32,000 nt of DNA from Azospirillum brasilense (GCF_008365405.1 NZ_QOKV01000001.1:411333-443332); one strand, 5' to 3'; shown: positions 1 to 15,161, counted from the first letter of the stretch. Numbers and translations are program-made. Notes: generated by a model not told the origin, from the sequence alone.

Positions 1-2
1 AC

Positions 3-602
<600 letters not shown>

Positions 603-641
603 GGGTCCGGAGCCTCAGGCTTCGGCGCATAGGGTAGGGCA

Positions 642-680
642 GGGGGCGTGTTCCGCAGGGGACGCGCCCCTTTCTCGTTT
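642..680 (+). terminator. Probable intrinsic terminator downstream of rpoC
   Basis: 12-bp stem with two G-U pairs: GGGGCGTGTTCC (643-654), loop GCAG, GGGACGCGCCCC (659-670), then TTTCTCGTTT. Confidence 0.7.
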
Positions 681-728
681 GTTCCACCGGGTTTAGGATC
701 GTCCACGCCACGCATCGGAGCCACCGCT

Positions 729-1442
729 ATGACCGAGAACGCGCCCAGCTTCGGCCTGCTGCTGTTTCCCAACGTCACGCAGCTCGACCTCACCGGTCCC
801 TACGAAGTGCTGGCCCGCGTGCCCGGCGCCCAGGTCCATCTGCTGTGGAAGACGCTCGATCCGGTGCGCTCCGACACCGGCCTGACCATCCTCCCCACGG
901 CGACCCTGGCCGACGCCCCGCCGCTCGATCTCCTCCTGGTGCCTGGCGGCGGCGGCATCAACGCGCTGCTGACCGACGGGGAGGTCCTGACCTTCCTGGC
1001 GGAGCGGGCGTCCGGCACCCGCTATCTCTCGGGGATCTGCACAGGCTCCCTGGTGCTCGGCGCCGCCGGGCTGCTGGAGGGCAAGCGGGCGGGCACGCAC
1101 TGGGCCTCCCGCGACTTCCTCGCCGCCTTCGGTGCCACGCCGGTGGCGGAGCGCGTGGTCGTGGACGGCACGCTGTTCACCGGCGGCGGCGTGACCGCGG
1201 GAATCGACGTGGCGCTGCGCATCGTCGCCGAGCTGTTCGGTGAGCCGGCCGCGAAGCTCATCCAGCTTTCCATCGAGTACGACCCGAAGCCGCCCTTCGA
1301 CGCCGGTTCGCCGGAAGCGGCGGGGGAGGGAGTGACGGCCGATCTTCTCGCCCGGATGCGCCCGATGCTCGACGCGCGGGCTGCCGCGGTGGAGGCGGGC
1401 GCCGAGGCGTTGCGCCGCCGCCGGTCGGCCCCCTCCGGTTGA
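729..1442 (+). CDS. DJ-1/PfpI family protein, isonitrile hydratase-like
   Basis: MTENAPSFGLLLFPNVTQLDLTGPYEVLARVPGAQVHLLWK...SGICTGSLVLGAAGLLEGKRAGTHWASRDFL...DGTLFTGGGVTAGIDVALRI; nucleophile-elbow Cys in GICTGS. Confidence 0.9.
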   Translation: MTENAPSFGLLLFPNVTQLDLTGPYEVLARVPGAQVHLLWKTLDPVRSDTGLTILPTATLADAPPLDLLLVPGGGGINALLTDGEVLTFLAERASGTRYLSGICTGSLVLGAAGLLEGKRAGTHWASRDFLAAFGATPVAERVVVDGTLFTGGGVTAGIDVALRIVAELFGEPAAKLIQLSIEYDPKPPFDAGSPEAAGEGVTADLLARMRPMLDARAAAVEAGAEALRRRRSAPSG

Positions 1443-1487
1443 CGCAGAAACGTCGTCGAAGCGCACGACAAACGGTCATCTGCGCGC

Positions 1488-1516
1488 TTGACGGGTTCCC
1501 GGCGGACCCATATAGT
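1488..1516 (+). promoter_or_regulatory. Sigma70-type promoter for the str operon
   Basis: TTGACG (1488-1493), 17-nt spacer, TATAGT (1511-1516), about 245 nt upstream of rpsL. Confidence 0.75.
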
Positions 1517-1642
1517 CCGCGAACTTCAAAAGGAGCCTCGGGAAGGTCTTCCGTCCATCCCACCCGGCATCCGGATGAACCCAAGCGACATAGCCAAACG
1601 ACAGGTCCACTTCGGACCGATCCGGCGGCGTTCGATCATTGG

Positions 1643-1681
1643 GCCCGCTCGAAGCCCTTCAGGCTTCGCAGGCGGGCTTTT
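1643..1681 (+). terminator. Intrinsic-terminator/attenuator-like hairpin in the rpsL leader
   Basis: GCCCGC-tc-GAAGCC-cttca-GGCTTC-gcag-GCGGGC-TTTT, between the putative promoter and rpsL. Confidence 0.5.
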
Positions 1682-1761
1682 GCATCGTCCGGCATCGCCG
1701 GGCGATTTTCCAATCGGTCCGGCTCCGCCGGCCGAGTGACCTGAAGGGATGAAAGGCAGAT

Positions 1762-2133
1762 ATGCCGACGATCAACCAGTTGATCCGTAAGCCGCGCGAG
1801 CCCTTGGCCGCGCGCAATAAGGTTCCCGCGATGGAGGCGTGCCCGCAGAAGCGTGGCGTCTGCACCCGCGTCTACACGACCACGCCGAAGAAGCCGAACT
1901 CGGCTCTGCGTAAGGTCGCCCGCGTTCGCCTGACGAACGGCTTCGAAGTGACCTCCTACATCCCCGGTGAAGGCCATAACCTCCAGGAACACTCGGTGGT
2001 TATGATCCGCGGCGGCCGTGTGAAGGATCTTCCCGGCGTTCGCTACCACATCATCCGCGGCACGCTCGATACCCAGGGCGTGAAGGACCGTAAGCAGCGT
2101 CGTTCGAAGTACGGCGCGAAGCGTCCGAAGTAA
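1762..2133 (+). CDS. rpsL: 30S ribosomal protein S12
   Basis: [15 protein letters not shown]...[58 protein letters not shown]. Confidence 0.99.
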   Translation: MPTINQLIRKPREPLAARNKVPAMEACPQKRGVCTRVYTTTPKKPNSALRKVARVRLTNGFEVTSYIPGEGHNLQEHSVVMIRGGRVKDLPGVRYHIIRGTLDTQGVKDRKQRRSKYGAKRPK

Positions 2134-2616
<483 letters not shown>

Positions 2617-2642
2617 GGCACCCACCGGCCCAGGTGCTTGTC

Positions 2643-4721
<2,079 letters not shown>

Positions 4722-4758
4722 AACCGCTGGAACGACAAAGAGACGGAGAGCACACACC

Positions 4759-5949
<1,191 letters not shown>

Positions 5950-5966
5950 GGTCGCGTTTTGTGAGA

Positions 5967-5996
5967 GGGGGCCGACCCGCGGGTCGGCCCCCTTTT
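5967..5996 (+). terminator. Intrinsic terminator after tuf
   Basis: Perfect inverted repeat GGGGGCCGACCC (5967-5978) / GGGTCGGCCCCC (5981-5992) followed by TTTT. Confidence 0.9.
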
Positions 5997-6081
5997 GCAT
6001 GGCCGATCCGCGAAAAAGCGGCGTGACGCGCCGAACCGGGCCGATCCCGTCACCCTCCTGTCACAAGGGGGAAAATGTGGG

Positions 6082-6110
6082 TTGACACCGGGGCGCCCAG
6101 GGCATACACG
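6082..6110 (+). promoter_or_regulatory. Candidate sigma70-type promoter for the S10 operon
   Basis: TTGACA (6082-6087), 17-nt spacer, TACACG (6105-6110), in the 455-bp tuf-rpsJ gap right after the tuf terminator. Confidence 0.55.
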
Positions 6111-6211
6111 TTACGCCCTCTGGAATTTGGGTTGGTAGTAGGCACGTCCGGCCTAGACGCAGCCCGATCACGAACGGCACCGCAAGCTCCACTTGCACCG
6201 GTTGCTGCCAG

Positions 6212-6251
6212 GAACATCCATCCGCATTGCGATGCGGGGGATGTTCTTTTT
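6212..6251 (+). terminator. Strong terminator/attenuator-like hairpin in the rpsJ leader
   Basis: GAACATCC (6212-6219), AT, CCGCAT (6222-6227), TGCG loop, ATGCGG (6232-6237), G, GGATGTTC (6239-6246), then TTTTT. Confidence 0.8.
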
Positions 6252-6356
6252 CGTATCGGCCGTCAGATCGGACAGACGAACCGCCGCCCACCGCTTCGGT
6301 GAGCCGGCGCAGGGTCGCCTGCCGCCGCGGGTCCCCGGGGGACAGTTTTTGGGTGC

Positions 6357-6378
6357 CGGTGGCGCAGTCGCGCCACCG
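6357..6378 (+). promoter_or_regulatory. Perfect 9-bp hairpin just upstream of the rpsJ ribosome binding site
   Basis: CGGTGGCGC-AGTC-GCGCCACCG; rpsJ ATG at 6405. Confidence 0.5.
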
Positions 6379-6404
6379 AAACGAGGTGCAAGGGACGTTT
6401 GGAC

Positions 6405-6713
<309 letters not shown>

Positions 6714-6773
6714 TTCGTTGCTGTTGAGGGACCTCTCCCTCTGAGGATGTCCCTGGTCAGGAGATAAAGAACA

Positions 6774-7484
6774 ATGCGATCCGGTTTGATCGCGCAGAAA
6801 GTCGGCATGACCCGCGTCTTCACGGACGACGGGCAGCACGTGCCGGTGACTGTGCTGAAAGTCGACAGCTGCCAGGTCGTCGCCGTCCGCACCGAGGACA
6901 AGGATGGCTACACCGCCGTCCAGCTCGGCGCAGGCGCCATCAAGGTGAAGAACGTCACGAAGCCGCAGCGCGGGCATTTCGCCAAGGCGCGCGTCGAGCC
7001 CAAGCGCAAGCTGGTCGAGTTCCGCGTCGATGCCGACGCGCTGATCGAGGTCGGCGCCGAGCTCTCGGCTGCGCATTTCCTCCCGGGCCAGTTCGTCGAC
7101 GTCACCGGCACTTCCATCGGTAAGGGCTTTGCCGGTGCGATGAAGCGCTGGAACTTCGGTGGTCTGCGCGCGACGCACGGCGTGTCGGTGTCGCACCGCT
7201 CGCACGGTTCGACGGGTAACCGCCAGGACCCCGGCAAGGTCTTCAAGAACAAGAAGATGGCCGGTCATCTCGGCGACGAGAAGGTCACGGTTCTGAACCT
7301 GAAGGTCGTGTCGGTCGATGAGGACCGCGGTCTGATCTTCCTCAAGGGTGCCGTTCCGGGCGCCGAGGGGGCTTGGCTCCGCATCCGCGACGCGGTGAAG
7401 AAGAAGGCTCCGGAAGGTCTGCCGTTCCCCGCCGGGATCAAGGCTGCGCCGGCCGCTGAAGCCGCCGCCGAGCCGCAGGAGTGA
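6774..7484 (+). CDS. rplC: 50S ribosomal protein L3
   Basis: [31 protein letters not shown]...[50 protein letters not shown]; Ala/Glu-rich C-terminal tail. Confidence 0.99.
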   Translation: MRSGLIAQKVGMTRVFTDDGQHVPVTVLKVDSCQVVAVRTEDKDGYTAVQLGAGAIKVKNVTKPQRGHFAKARVEPKRKLVEFRVDADALIEVGAELSAAHFLPGQFVDVTGTSIGKGFAGAMKRWNFGGLRATHGVSVSHRSHGSTGNRQDPGKVFKNKKMAGHLGDEKVTVLNLKVVSVDEDRGLIFLKGAVPGAEGAWLRIRDAVKKKAPEGLPFPAGIKAAPAAEAAAEPQE

Positions 7485-8110
7485 TGGCCATGAAGGCGAC
7501 CATTAAGAACCTGAACAACGAGACCGTCGGCGAGATCGAGCTGGCTGACGAGATCTTCGGCCTTCCGTCCCGCACGGACATCCTGGCCCGCATGGTCAAC
7601 TGGCAGCTGGCCAAGCGCCGCGCCGGTAACCACAAGACCAAGACGGTCAGCGAGATTTCCGGCACCGGCAAGAAGCCGTACCGCCAGAAGGGCACCGGCC
7701 GCGCCCGTCAGGGCTCCCTGCGCTCCGCCCAGTTCCGTGGCGGCGCGACCATCTTCGGCCCGGTCGTCCGTTCGCACGAGCACGACCTGACCAAGAAGGT
7801 CCGCAAGCTGGCCCTGAAGACCGCGCTGTCCACTAAGGCCGCGGAAGGCAAGCTCCTGGTCCTCGACGCCGCTTCGGCCGAGAGCCACAAGACCAAGGAA
7901 CTGGCTGTCCGTCTCGCTTCGCTCGGCCTGACCTCGGCTCTGATCATCGATGGCGCCAACCTGAACGAGAACTTCGCTCGGGCCTCGCGCAACATCCCGC
8001 TGATCGACGTGCTGCCGGAGCAGGGCGCCAACGTCTACGACATTCTTCGCCGCGATACGCTGGTCCTGACCCGCAACGCGGTCGAGCAGCTGGAGGCTCG
8101 CCTGAAATGA
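7484..8110 (+). CDS. rplD: 50S ribosomal protein L4
   Basis: [24 protein letters not shown]...[34 protein letters not shown]; overlaps the rplC stop. Start could be 7484 or 7490. Confidence 0.97.
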   Translation: MAMKATIKNLNNETVGEIELADEIFGLPSRTDILARMVNWQLAKRRAGNHKTKTVSEISGTGKKPYRQKGTGRARQGSLRSAQFRGGATIFGPVVRSHEHDLTKKVRKLALKTALSTKAAEGKLLVLDAASAESHKTKELAVRLASLGLTSALIIDGANLNENFARASRNIPLIDVLPEQGANVYDILRRDTLVLTRNAVEQLEARLK

Positions 8111-8424
8111 GCAAGCAGTCGAAACCTGCGGTGAGCCAGGAGCGGATGTACGACCTCATCCTGGCTCCGGTGATCACCGAGAAGTCGACGATGGCGTCGG
8201 AGCACAATCAGGTGACGTTCCGCGTGCCGCTGTCGGCGACCAAGCCGGAGATCAAGTCGGCTGTCGAGGGGCTGTTCAACGTGAAGGTGACGGCGGTCAA
8301 CACCCTGGTTACCAAGGGCAAGACCAAGCGCTTCCGCGGGACCATCGGCCGTCGCTCGGACTTCAAGAAGGCCGTCGTGACCCTCGCCGAGGGGAACAAG
8401 ATCGACGTGACCACGGGCATCTGA
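8107..8424 (+). CDS. rplW: 50S ribosomal protein L23
   Basis: [53 protein letters not shown]; ATGA overlap with rplD. Confidence 0.98.
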   Translation: MSKQSKPAVSQERMYDLILAPVITEKSTMASEHNQVTFRVPLSATKPEIKSAVEGLFNVKVTAVNTLVTKGKTKRFRGTIGRRSDFKKAVVTLAEGNKIDVTTGI

Positions 8425-8440
8425 GCGGGAGTGTGATCCG

Positions 8441-9268
8441 ATGGCTCTGAAGCAATATCGCCCAATTACGCCGTCGCTCCGCCAGCTGGTCATCGTCGAC
8501 CGCTCGGAGCTGTGGAAGGGCAAGCCGGTCAAGACCCTCACCGAGGGCCTGACCAAGTCCGGCGGCCGCAACAACACCGGCCGCATCACCGCGCGCCGGA
8601 TGGGTGGCGGTCACAAGCGCGTCTACCGTCTGGTGGACTTCAAGCGCCGCAAGTTCAACGTCCCGGCGATCGTCGAGCGCCTGGAGTACGATCCGAACCG
8701 TACGGCCTTCATCGCCCTCATCAAGTATGAGGACGGCACCCTCTCCTACATTCTGGCGCCGCAGCGTCTGAAGGTGGGCGACACGGTGGTGGCCGGCGAG
8801 AAGGTGGATGTGAAGCCCGGCAACGCCATGCCGCTGAAGAACATCCCGGTCGGTTCGGTGCTGCACAACGTCGAGCTGAAGCCCGGCAAGGGCGGTCAGC
8901 TGGCCCGTTCGGCCGGCACCTACCTGCAGCTGGTCGGCCGCGACGGTGGCTACGCCCAGCTGAAGCTGCCCTCGGGCGAGCTTCGCGTGGTCCGCGGCGA
9001 CTGCATGGCCACCCTGGGTGCCGTGTCGAACCCGGACAACATGAACACCAACAAGGGCAAGGCCGGTCGCAGCCGTTGGCTGGGCATCCGTCCGTCCGTC
9101 CGTGGTGTCGCCATGAACCCGATCGACCACCCGCACGGTGGTGGTGAAGGCCGCACCTCGGGTGGCCGTCATCCGGTCACGCCGTGGGGCAAGCCGACCA
9201 AGGGCAAGAAGACTCGTCACAACAAGAAGACGGATGGCCTGATCCTGCGCCGCCGTCATTCGAAGTAA
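8441..9268 (+). CDS. rplB: 50S ribosomal protein L2
   Basis: [37 protein letters not shown]...[34 protein letters not shown]; 275 aa. Confidence 0.99.
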   Translation: MALKQYRPITPSLRQLVIVDRSELWKGKPVKTLTEGLTKSGGRNNTGRITARRMGGGHKRVYRLVDFKRRKFNVPAIVERLEYDPNRTAFIALIKYEDGTLSYILAPQRLKVGDTVVAGEKVDVKPGNAMPLKNIPVGSVLHNVELKPGKGGQLARSAGTYLQLVGRDGGYAQLKLPSGELRVVRGDCMATLGAVSNPDNMNTNKGKAGRSRWLGIRPSVRGVAMNPIDHPHGGGEGRTSGGRHPVTPWGKPTKGKKTRHNKKTDGLILRRRHSK

Positions 9269-9280
9269 GGAGGGCGGACG

Positions 9281-9559
9281 ATGGCACGCTCCGTTTGGAA
9301 GGGCCCGTTCGTCGACGGCTACCTGCTCAAGAAGGCGGACAAGTCGCGGGCTTCGGGCCGCAACGAGATCATCAAGATCTGGTCGCGTCGCTCGACGATC
9401 CTGCCGCAGTTCGTGGGTCTCACGTTCGGCGTGTACAATGGCCACAAGTTCCTGCCGGTTCTGGTGACCGAGAACATGATCGGCCACAAGTTCGGTGAGT
9501 TCGCTCCGACGCGCACCTTCTACGGGCACGCGGCGGACAAGAAGGCGAAGAGGAAGTAA
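9281..9559 (+). CDS. rpsS: 30S ribosomal protein S19
   Basis: [80 protein letters not shown]. Confidence 0.99.
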   Translation: MARSVWKGPFVDGYLLKKADKSRASGRNEIIKIWSRRSTILPQFVGLTFGVYNGHKFLPVLVTENMIGHKFGEFAPTRTFYGHAADKKAKRK

Positions 9560-9562
9560 GCC

Positions 9563-9958
9563 ATGGGCAAGCCCTCCAACCCCAGCCGTATCGCGGAGAA
9601 CGAGGCGATCGCCTCCAATCCGATGATCCGCACCAGCCCGCGCAAGCTGAACCTCGTCGCCCAGCTCATCCGGAACAAGGATGCCAGCAGCGCCGTGGCC
9701 GAGCTGACCTTCTCCAAGCGCCGCATCGCCGGCGAGGTGAAGAAGGTCCTCCAGGCCGCGATCGCCAACGCCGAGAACAACCATCAGCTCGATGTGGACC
9801 GCCTGTACGTCTCCTCGGCGACGGTCGGCCGCGCCCTGGTGATGAAGCGCTTCCACGCTCGCGCTCGCGGCCGCGGCGCGCGGGTCGAGAAGCTGTTCTC
9901 CAACCTGACGATCATCGTGCGTGAGCGCGACGCCGCCGCTGCCGAAGGGGCCGAGTAA
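9563..9958 (+). CDS. rplV: 50S ribosomal protein L22
   Basis: [82 protein letters not shown]. Confidence 0.98.
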   Translation: MGKPSNPSRIAENEAIASNPMIRTSPRKLNLVAQLIRNKDASSAVAELTFSKRRIAGEVKKVLQAAIANAENNHQLDVDRLYVSSATVGRALVMKRFHARARGRGARVEKLFSNLTIIVRERDAAAAEGAE

Positions 9959-9959
9959 G

Positions 9960-10736
9960 ATGGGTCAGAAAGTCAATCCGATCGGGCTGCGCCTCGGCAT
10001 CAACCGGACCTGGGACAGCCGTTGGTTCGCCAAGCGCGATTACGCCAACCTGCTGCACCAGGACCTGAAGCTGCGCGGCTATCTGCAGGGCCGCCTGCAG
10101 CAGGCCGGCTGCTCGCGCGTCATCATCGAGCGTCCGGCCAAGAAGGCCCGCGTCACCATCCACTCGGCCCGTCCGGGTGTGGTGATCGGCAAGAAGGGCG
10201 CTGACATCGAGAAGCTGCGCACCGAGCTGTCGAAGATGGCCGGCGGCGAGGTGAGCCTGAACATCATCGAGATCCGCAAGCCGGAGATCGATGCCAAGCT
10301 CATCGCCGAGAACATCTCCAACCAGCTCGAGCGCCGTGTCGCCTTCCGCCGCGCCATGAAGCGCGCGGTCCAGTCGGCCATGCGTCTGGGCGCCCAGGGC
10401 ATCCGGATCAACTGCTCCGGTCGTCTCGGCGGCGCCGAGATCGCCCGCCTGGAGTGGTACCGCGAGGGCCGCGTTCCGCTGCACACCCTGCGTGCGGACA
10501 TCGACTATGGCACCGCGACCGCGAAGACCACCTACGGCACCTGCGGTGTCAAGGTGTGGGTCTTCAAGGGCGAGATCATGGCGCACGACCCGATGGCCCA
10601 GGACAAGCGCATGGGCACCGAGCCGGTGTCGACCGATGGCGAGCCGCGCCGCGAGCGTCGCGAGCGTGGTGACCGTGAGGAGCGTGGGGGCCGCGGTCGC
10701 GGCGACCGTGACCGCTCCGAGCGGGCCGACCGCTAG
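9960..10736 (+). CDS. rpsC: 30S ribosomal protein S3, with Arg/Asp/Glu/Gly-rich C-terminal extension
   Basis: [35 protein letters not shown]...[31 protein letters not shown]; tail [32 protein letters not shown] at 9960. Confidence 0.99.
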   Translation: MGQKVNPIGLRLGINRTWDSRWFAKRDYANLLHQDLKLRGYLQGRLQQAGCSRVIIERPAKKARVTIHSARPGVVIGKKGADIEKLRTELSKMAGGEVSLNIIEIRKPEIDAKLIAENISNQLERRVAFRRAMKRAVQSAMRLGAQGIRINCSGRLGGAEIARLEWYREGRVPLHTLRADIDYGTATAKTTYGTCGVKVWVFKGEIMAHDPMAQDKRMGTEPVSTDGEPRRERRERGDREERGGRGRGDRDRSERADR

Positions 10737-10751
10737 TAAGGGGCACGAGCG

Positions 10752-11183
10752 ATGCTTTCTCCGAAGCGTACCAAGTACCGCAAGGCCCACAAGGGCCGCA
10801 TCCACGGCAACGCGAAGGGCGGCACCCAGCTGAACTTCGGCTCCTTCGGCCTCAAGGCCCTGGAGCCGGAGCGCATCACGGCCCGCCAGATCGAGGCGGC
10901 CCGCCGCGCGATCACCCGCGCCATGAAGCGTCAGGGCCGCGTGTGGATCCGCGTGTTCCCGGACCTGCCGGTCTCCACCAAGCCCGCCGAAGTCCGCATG
11001 GGTTCCGGCAAGGGCACGCCCGAGTACTGGGCGGCCCGCGTTCATCCCGGCCGCATCCTGTTTGAACTGGACGGCGTGCCCGCGGATGTGGCAAAGCAGG
11101 CGTTCGCCCTGGCGGCCGCCAAGCTGCCGATCAAGACCAAGCTGGTAACCCGCCTCGGCGGCGGTGAGGAGGTGGCGGCATGA
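10752..11183 (+). CDS. rplP: 50S ribosomal protein L16
   Basis: [71 protein letters not shown]. Confidence 0.99.
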   Translation: MLSPKRTKYRKAHKGRIHGNAKGGTQLNFGSFGLKALEPERITARQIEAARRAITRAMKRQGRVWIRVFPDLPVSTKPAEVRMGSGKGTPEYWAARVHPGRILFELDGVPADVAKQAFALAAAKLPIKTKLVTRLGGGEEVAA

Positions 11184-11386
11184 AGCCCGTCGACGTTCGT
11201 GCGAAGAGCAACGAGGAGCTGAACGATCAGCTCCTCCAGCTCAAAAAGGAACAGTTCAACCTGCGTTTCCAGCGGGCCTCCGGCCAGCTGGAGAACACCG
11301 CGCGGGTGCAGGTGGTGCGTCGCGACATCGCGCGCATCAAGACGATCCTCGGCGAGCGTTCGCGCTCGGCCGAAGCCGGCAAGTAA
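11180..11386 (+). CDS. rpmC: 50S ribosomal protein L29
   Basis: [45 protein letters not shown]; ATGA overlap with rplP. Confidence 0.98.
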   Translation: MKPVDVRAKSNEELNDQLLQLKKEQFNLRFQRASGQLENTARVQVVRRDIARIKTILGERSRSAEAGK

Positions 11387-11398
11387 GGAGGGCTACCT

Positions 11399-11653
11399 AT
11401 GCCTCGCCGCGTTCTGCAGGGCACGGTGGTCAGCGACAAGGGCGACAAGACGGTTATCGTCCTGGTCGAGCGCCGCGTCATGCACCCCGTGTACAAGAAG
11501 TTCATTCGTCAGTCGAAGAAGTACGCCGCCCACGACGAGGGCAACCAGTTCAAGGTCGGCGATACCGTTTCGATCATCGAATGCCGCCCGATCTCCAAGC
11601 GCAAGCGCTGGACGGTCGTGCTTGAGTCCGCCGCCGTTAGCGGCGCCGCGTAA
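11399..11653 (+). CDS. rpsQ: 30S ribosomal protein S17
   Basis: [74 protein letters not shown]. Confidence 0.98.
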   Translation: MPRRVLQGTVVSDKGDKTVIVLVERRVMHPVYKKFIRQSKKYAAHDEGNQFKVGDTVSIIECRPISKRKRWTVVLESAAVSGAA

Positions 11654-11670
11654 ACGGAAGGGTACAAACC

Positions 11671-12039
11671 ATGATCCAGATGCAAACCAACCTGGAAGTC
11701 GCCGACAATAGCGGGGCGCGCCGGGTGCAGTGCATCAAGGTGCTTGGCGGGTCCAAGCGGAAGGTGGCCACCGTCGGCGACGTCATCGTCGTCTCGGTCA
11801 AGGAGGCCATTCCGAAGGGTCGCGTCAAGAAGGGCGACGTGCATCGCGCCGTCATCGTCCGCACCGCGAAGGAACTGCGCCGGGAGGACGGGTCAGCGAT
11901 CCGTTTCGACCGCAATGCCGCCGTGCTGATCAACAAGCAGGGCGAGCCGATCGGCACGCGTATCTTCGGGCCGGTCACTCGTGAGCTTCGCGGCAAGAAG
12001 TTCATGAAGATCATCTCGCTGGCGCCGGAGGTGCTGTGA
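11671..12039 (+). CDS. rplN: 50S ribosomal protein L14
   Basis: [65 protein letters not shown]; 122 aa. Confidence 0.99.
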   Translation: MIQMQTNLEVADNSGARRVQCIKVLGGSKRKVATVGDVIVVSVKEAIPKGRVKKGDVHRAVIVRTAKELRREDGSAIRFDRNAAVLINKQGEPIGTRIFGPVTRELRGKKFMKIISLAPEVL

Positions 12040-12356
12040 TGGCCGCGAAGATCAAGACCAAGGACAAGGTCGTCATCCTTGCCGGTAAGGACAAGGGGAA
12101 GACCGGTGAGGTCCTCAAGGTCATCCCGGCGGAAAACCGTGTCGTCGTGCAGGGCGTGAACGTGGTGAAGAAGCACCAGCGTCCGAGCGCCACCTCGCAG
12201 GGCGGCATCGTTGAGTTCGAGGCGCCCATCAACGTCTCGAACGTTGCTCATGTCGACCCCAAGGACGGCAAGCCGACTCGCGTCGGTTTCAAGATCCTTG
12301 AGGATGGCCGCAAGGTGCGTGTCGCCAAGCGGTCCGGCGAAGTCATCGACGTGTGA
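12036..12356 (+). CDS. rplX: 50S ribosomal protein L24
   Basis: [46 protein letters not shown]; overlaps rplN stop. Confidence 0.98.
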   Translation: MMAAKIKTKDKVVILAGKDKGKTGEVLKVIPAENRVVVQGVNVVKKHQRPSATSQGGIVEFEAPINVSNVAHVDPKDGKPTRVGFKILEDGRKVRVAKRSGEVIDV

Positions 12357-12367
12357 GGACCGGACCA

Positions 12368-12910
12368 ATGGCTGCACGTTTGAAGGAAGTGTACGACTCC
12401 AAGATCCGCGCCGCGCTCAAGGCTGAGTTCGGCTACGCGAACGATATGGAAGTTCCGCGGATCGAGAAGATCGTCATCAACATGGGTGTCGGCGAGGCTG
12501 TCGGCGACTCCAAGAAGATCCAGAATGCGGTGAGCGAACTGACGGCGATCAGCGGCCAGAAGCCGATCGTCACGAAGTCCCGCAAGTCGATCGCGCAGTT
12601 CAAGCTGCGTGAGGGCATGGCGATCGGGTGCAAGGTCACGCTCCGTCGTGAGCGGATGTACGAGTTCCTGGATCGCCTGGTCACGATCGCGTTGCCGCGT
12701 GTCCGCGACTTCCGCGGCATCCCCGGCAACAGCTTCGACGGCCGTGGCAACTATGCCATGGGCGTGAAGGAGCAGATCATTTTCCCGGAGATCGACTACG
12801 ACAAGATCGATCAGATCCGCGGCATGGACATCATTTTCGTCACCTCGGCGAAGACCGACAAGGAGGCCAAGGCCCTCCTGAAGGCCTTCGACATGCCGTT
12901 TGTGGCCTGA
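12368..12910 (+). CDS. rplE: 50S ribosomal protein L5
   Basis: [86 protein letters not shown] at 12368. Confidence 0.98.
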   Translation: MAARLKEVYDSKIRAALKAEFGYANDMEVPRIEKIVINMGVGEAVGDSKKIQNAVSELTAISGQKPIVTKSRKSIAQFKLREGMAIGCKVTLRRERMYEFLDRLVTIALPRVRDFRGIPGNSFDGRGNYAMGVKEQIIFPEIDYDKIDQIRGMDIIFVTSAKTDKEAKALLKAFDMPFVA

Positions 12911-12929
12911 TTGGCTGGAGCACGACCCC

Positions 12930-13235
12930 ATGGCTAAGACCAGTGCCATCGAGAAGAACAAGCGTCGCACCAAGCTGGTGAAGCAGTTCGCCAACAAGCG
13001 TGCCCGCCTGAAGGCCATCGCCTCCGATCGCTCCCTCCCGCCGGAAGAGCAGTTCGCCGCCCGCCTCAAGCTGGCCGAAATGCCGCGCAACTCGTCGAAG
13101 GTGCGCATCCGCAACCGCTGCGAAATGACCGGCCGTCCGCGGGCGTTCTATCGCAAGTTTAAGCTGTCCCGCGTCACCCTCCGTGAACTGGCCTCGACTG
13201 GCCAGATCCCGGGGATGGTGAAGTCGAGCTGGTAA
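12930..13235 (+). CDS. rpsN: 30S ribosomal protein S14 (long form without the zinc CxxC motif)
   Basis: [35 protein letters not shown]...[41 protein letters not shown]; 101 aa. Confidence 0.98.
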   Translation: MAKTSAIEKNKRRTKLVKQFANKRARLKAIASDRSLPPEEQFAARLKLAEMPRNSSKVRIRNRCEMTGRPRAFYRKFKLSRVTLRELASTGQIPGMVKSSW

Positions 13236-13248
13236 GGAGGGTCGGAGA

Positions 13249-13647
13249 ATGTCTTTGAGCGATCCGCTCGGCGATATGCTGACCCGCATTCGCAACGGTC
13301 AGCACGCCCGTATGTCTGTTGTGCAGAGCCCGGCGTCGAAGCTGCGCAGCAACGTGCTTGAGGTTCTCAAGCGCGAGGGTTACATCCGCGGCTACTCCGA
13401 GGAGGAGCTGCGCCCCGGCATCAAGAACCTGAAGATCGAGCTGAAGTATCACGAAGGCGAGCCTGTGATTAAGCAGATCGCCCGTGTGTCGAAGCCCGGC
13501 CGCCGCGTTTATTCGAAGATCACCGATCTGCCCCGCGTCTTCAACGGCCTCGGCATCGCGATCCTCTCCACGCCGCGCGGCGTGATGTCGGACAATGAGG
13601 CCCGCGCCGCCAACGTCGGCGGTGAAGTCCTCTGCCGCGTGTTCTAA
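13249..13647 (+). CDS. rpsH: 30S ribosomal protein S8
   Basis: [49 protein letters not shown]...[10 protein letters not shown]-like core and [22 protein letters not shown] end. Confidence 0.98.
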   Translation: MSLSDPLGDMLTRIRNGQHARMSVVQSPASKLRSNVLEVLKREGYIRGYSEEELRPGIKNLKIELKYHEGEPVIKQIARVSKPGRRVYSKITDLPRVFNGLGIAILSTPRGVMSDNEARAANVGGEVLCRVF

Positions 13648-13660
13648 GGGGGACCCTTCG

Positions 13661-14194
13661 ATGTCGCGCATTGGAAAGCATCCCGTGCCGGTTCCGGCTG
13701 GTGTTGACGTCTCCGTCAACGGCCAGCAGGTGTCGGCCAAGGGCAAGCTGGGTTCGCTCAGCCTGACCCTCATCGACGACATCACGGCCAAGCTGGAAGA
13801 CGGCAAGGTCGTGGTGGCCCCGGCGAACGACAGCAAGCGCGCCCGCGTCATGTGGGCAACCTCGCGCACCCTGATCAACAACATGGTCACGGGCGTCAAC
13901 CAGGGCTTCACCATCAACCTCGAGATCAACGGCGTCGGTTACCGTGCCGCCGTGCAGGGCAAGGAGCTGGTCATGCAGCTCGGCTACTCGCACGACGTCA
14001 AGTACCCGATCCCGGAGGGCATCACCATCAAGTGTGACAAGCCCACGGCGATCTCGGTGTCGGGCTTCGACAAGCAGAAGGTCGGTCAAGTCGCCGCGGA
14101 GATCCGTGGTTGGAAGAAGCCGGAGCCCTACAAGGGCAAGGGCATCAAGTACGAGACCGAGACGCTCATCCGCAAGGAAGGCAAGAAGAAGTAA
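13661..14194 (+). CDS. rplF: 50S ribosomal protein L6
   Basis: [37 protein letters not shown]...[25 protein letters not shown]; ATG at 13661. Confidence 0.98.
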   Translation: MSRIGKHPVPVPAGVDVSVNGQQVSAKGKLGSLSLTLIDDITAKLEDGKVVVAPANDSKRARVMWATSRTLINNMVTGVNQGFTINLEINGVGYRAAVQGKELVMQLGYSHDVKYPIPEGITIKCDKPTAISVSGFDKQKVGQVAAEIRGWKKPEPYKGKGIKYETETLIRKEGKKK

Positions 14195-14202
14195 GGTCCG
14201 CC

Positions 14203-14565
14203 ATGCTCAAGCCAAAGCAACTCCACGAGCGCCGCAAGCAGCGCGTGCGCGCGCAGATTGCCAAGAAGGCCGGCGGGCGGGCTCGCCTCTCGGTTTTCCG
14301 GTCCAATCTGCACATCTACGCCCAGATCATCGACGACGAGAACGGCCGCACGGTCGCCTCGGCCTCGTCCGTGGAAAAGGAGCTGCGCGAGCAGCTCAAG
14401 CACGGTGGGAACGTCGAAGCTGCCCAGAAGATCGGTGCGCTCATCGCTGAGCGCGCCAAGGCGGCGGGCGTCACCGAGGTCGTGTTCGACCGTGGTGGCT
14501 ACATTTACCACGGCCGGGTCAAGGCCCTGGCTGACGCCGCCCGCGAGGGCGGGCTGTCGTTCTAA
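14203..14565 (+). CDS. rplR: 50S ribosomal protein L18
   Basis: [56 protein letters not shown]...[28 protein letters not shown]. Confidence 0.98.
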   Translation: MLKPKQLHERRKQRVRAQIAKKAGGRARLSVFRSNLHIYAQIIDDENGRTVASASSVEKELREQLKHGGNVEAAQKIGALIAERAKAAGVTEVVFDRGGYIYHGRVKALADAAREGGLSF

Positions 14566-14577
14566 GGAGGCTCCGAA

Positions 14578-15159
14578 ATGGCACGTGAAAGAGGCGAGCG
14601 GAGCGACCGTGATCGGCAGCCGCGCGATCGCGACCGGGAAGAGAGCGAGCTGATCGAAAAGCTCGTCGGCATCAACCGCGTCGCCAAGGTTGTGAAGGGT
14701 GGCCGTCGCTTCGGCTTCGCCGCCCTGGTGGTGGTCGGTGACGGCAAGGGCCGCGTCGGCGTCGGATCGGGCAAGGCCCGTGAGGTGCCGGAGGCGATCC
14801 GCAAGGCCACCGACCAGGCGAAGCGCGGCATGATCCGCGTTCCGCTCCGCGAAGGCCGCACGCTGCACCATGACTCCAACGGTCACTTCGGTGCCGGCAA
14901 GGTCGTGTTGCGCACCGCCCCGGCCGGTACCGGCATCATCGCCGGCGGTCCGATGCGCGCGATCTTCGAGGCCCTGGGTGTGCAGGATGTGGTGACGAAG
15001 TCCATCGGCACCTCCAACCCGCACAACATGATCAAGGCGACCTTCGACGCGCTGTCGCAGGTTTCCAGCCCGCGCAGCGTCGCCGCCCGCCGCGGCCGTC
15101 GCGTGAGCGACATCCTCGGCAAGCGTGAAACCGGCGCCGCCGGTGCGCAGGAGGCTTGA
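14578..15159 (+). CDS. rpsE: 30S ribosomal protein S5, with charged N-terminal extension
   Basis: [77 protein letters not shown]. Confidence 0.99.
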   Translation: MARERGERSDRDRQPRDRDREESELIEKLVGINRVAKVVKGGRRFGFAALVVVGDGKGRVGVGSGKAREVPEAIRKATDQAKRGMIRVPLREGRTLHHDSNGHFGAGKVVLRTAPAGTGIIAGGPMRAIFEALGVQDVVTKSIGTSNPHNMIKATFDALSQVSSPRSVAARRGRRVSDILGKRETGAAGAQEA

Positions 15160-15161
15160 TC

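Noticed and set aside
6726-6741. GAGGGA-CCTC-TCCCTC hairpin between rpsJ and rplC
   Set aside because: Short 6-bp stem in a 60-bp gap; too weak to argue a specific function without covariation.
9090-9105. TCCG tandem repeat (gtccgtccgtccg) in rplB
   Set aside because: Only about three units, in frame in a conserved gene (SVRG codons); no sign of phase variation.
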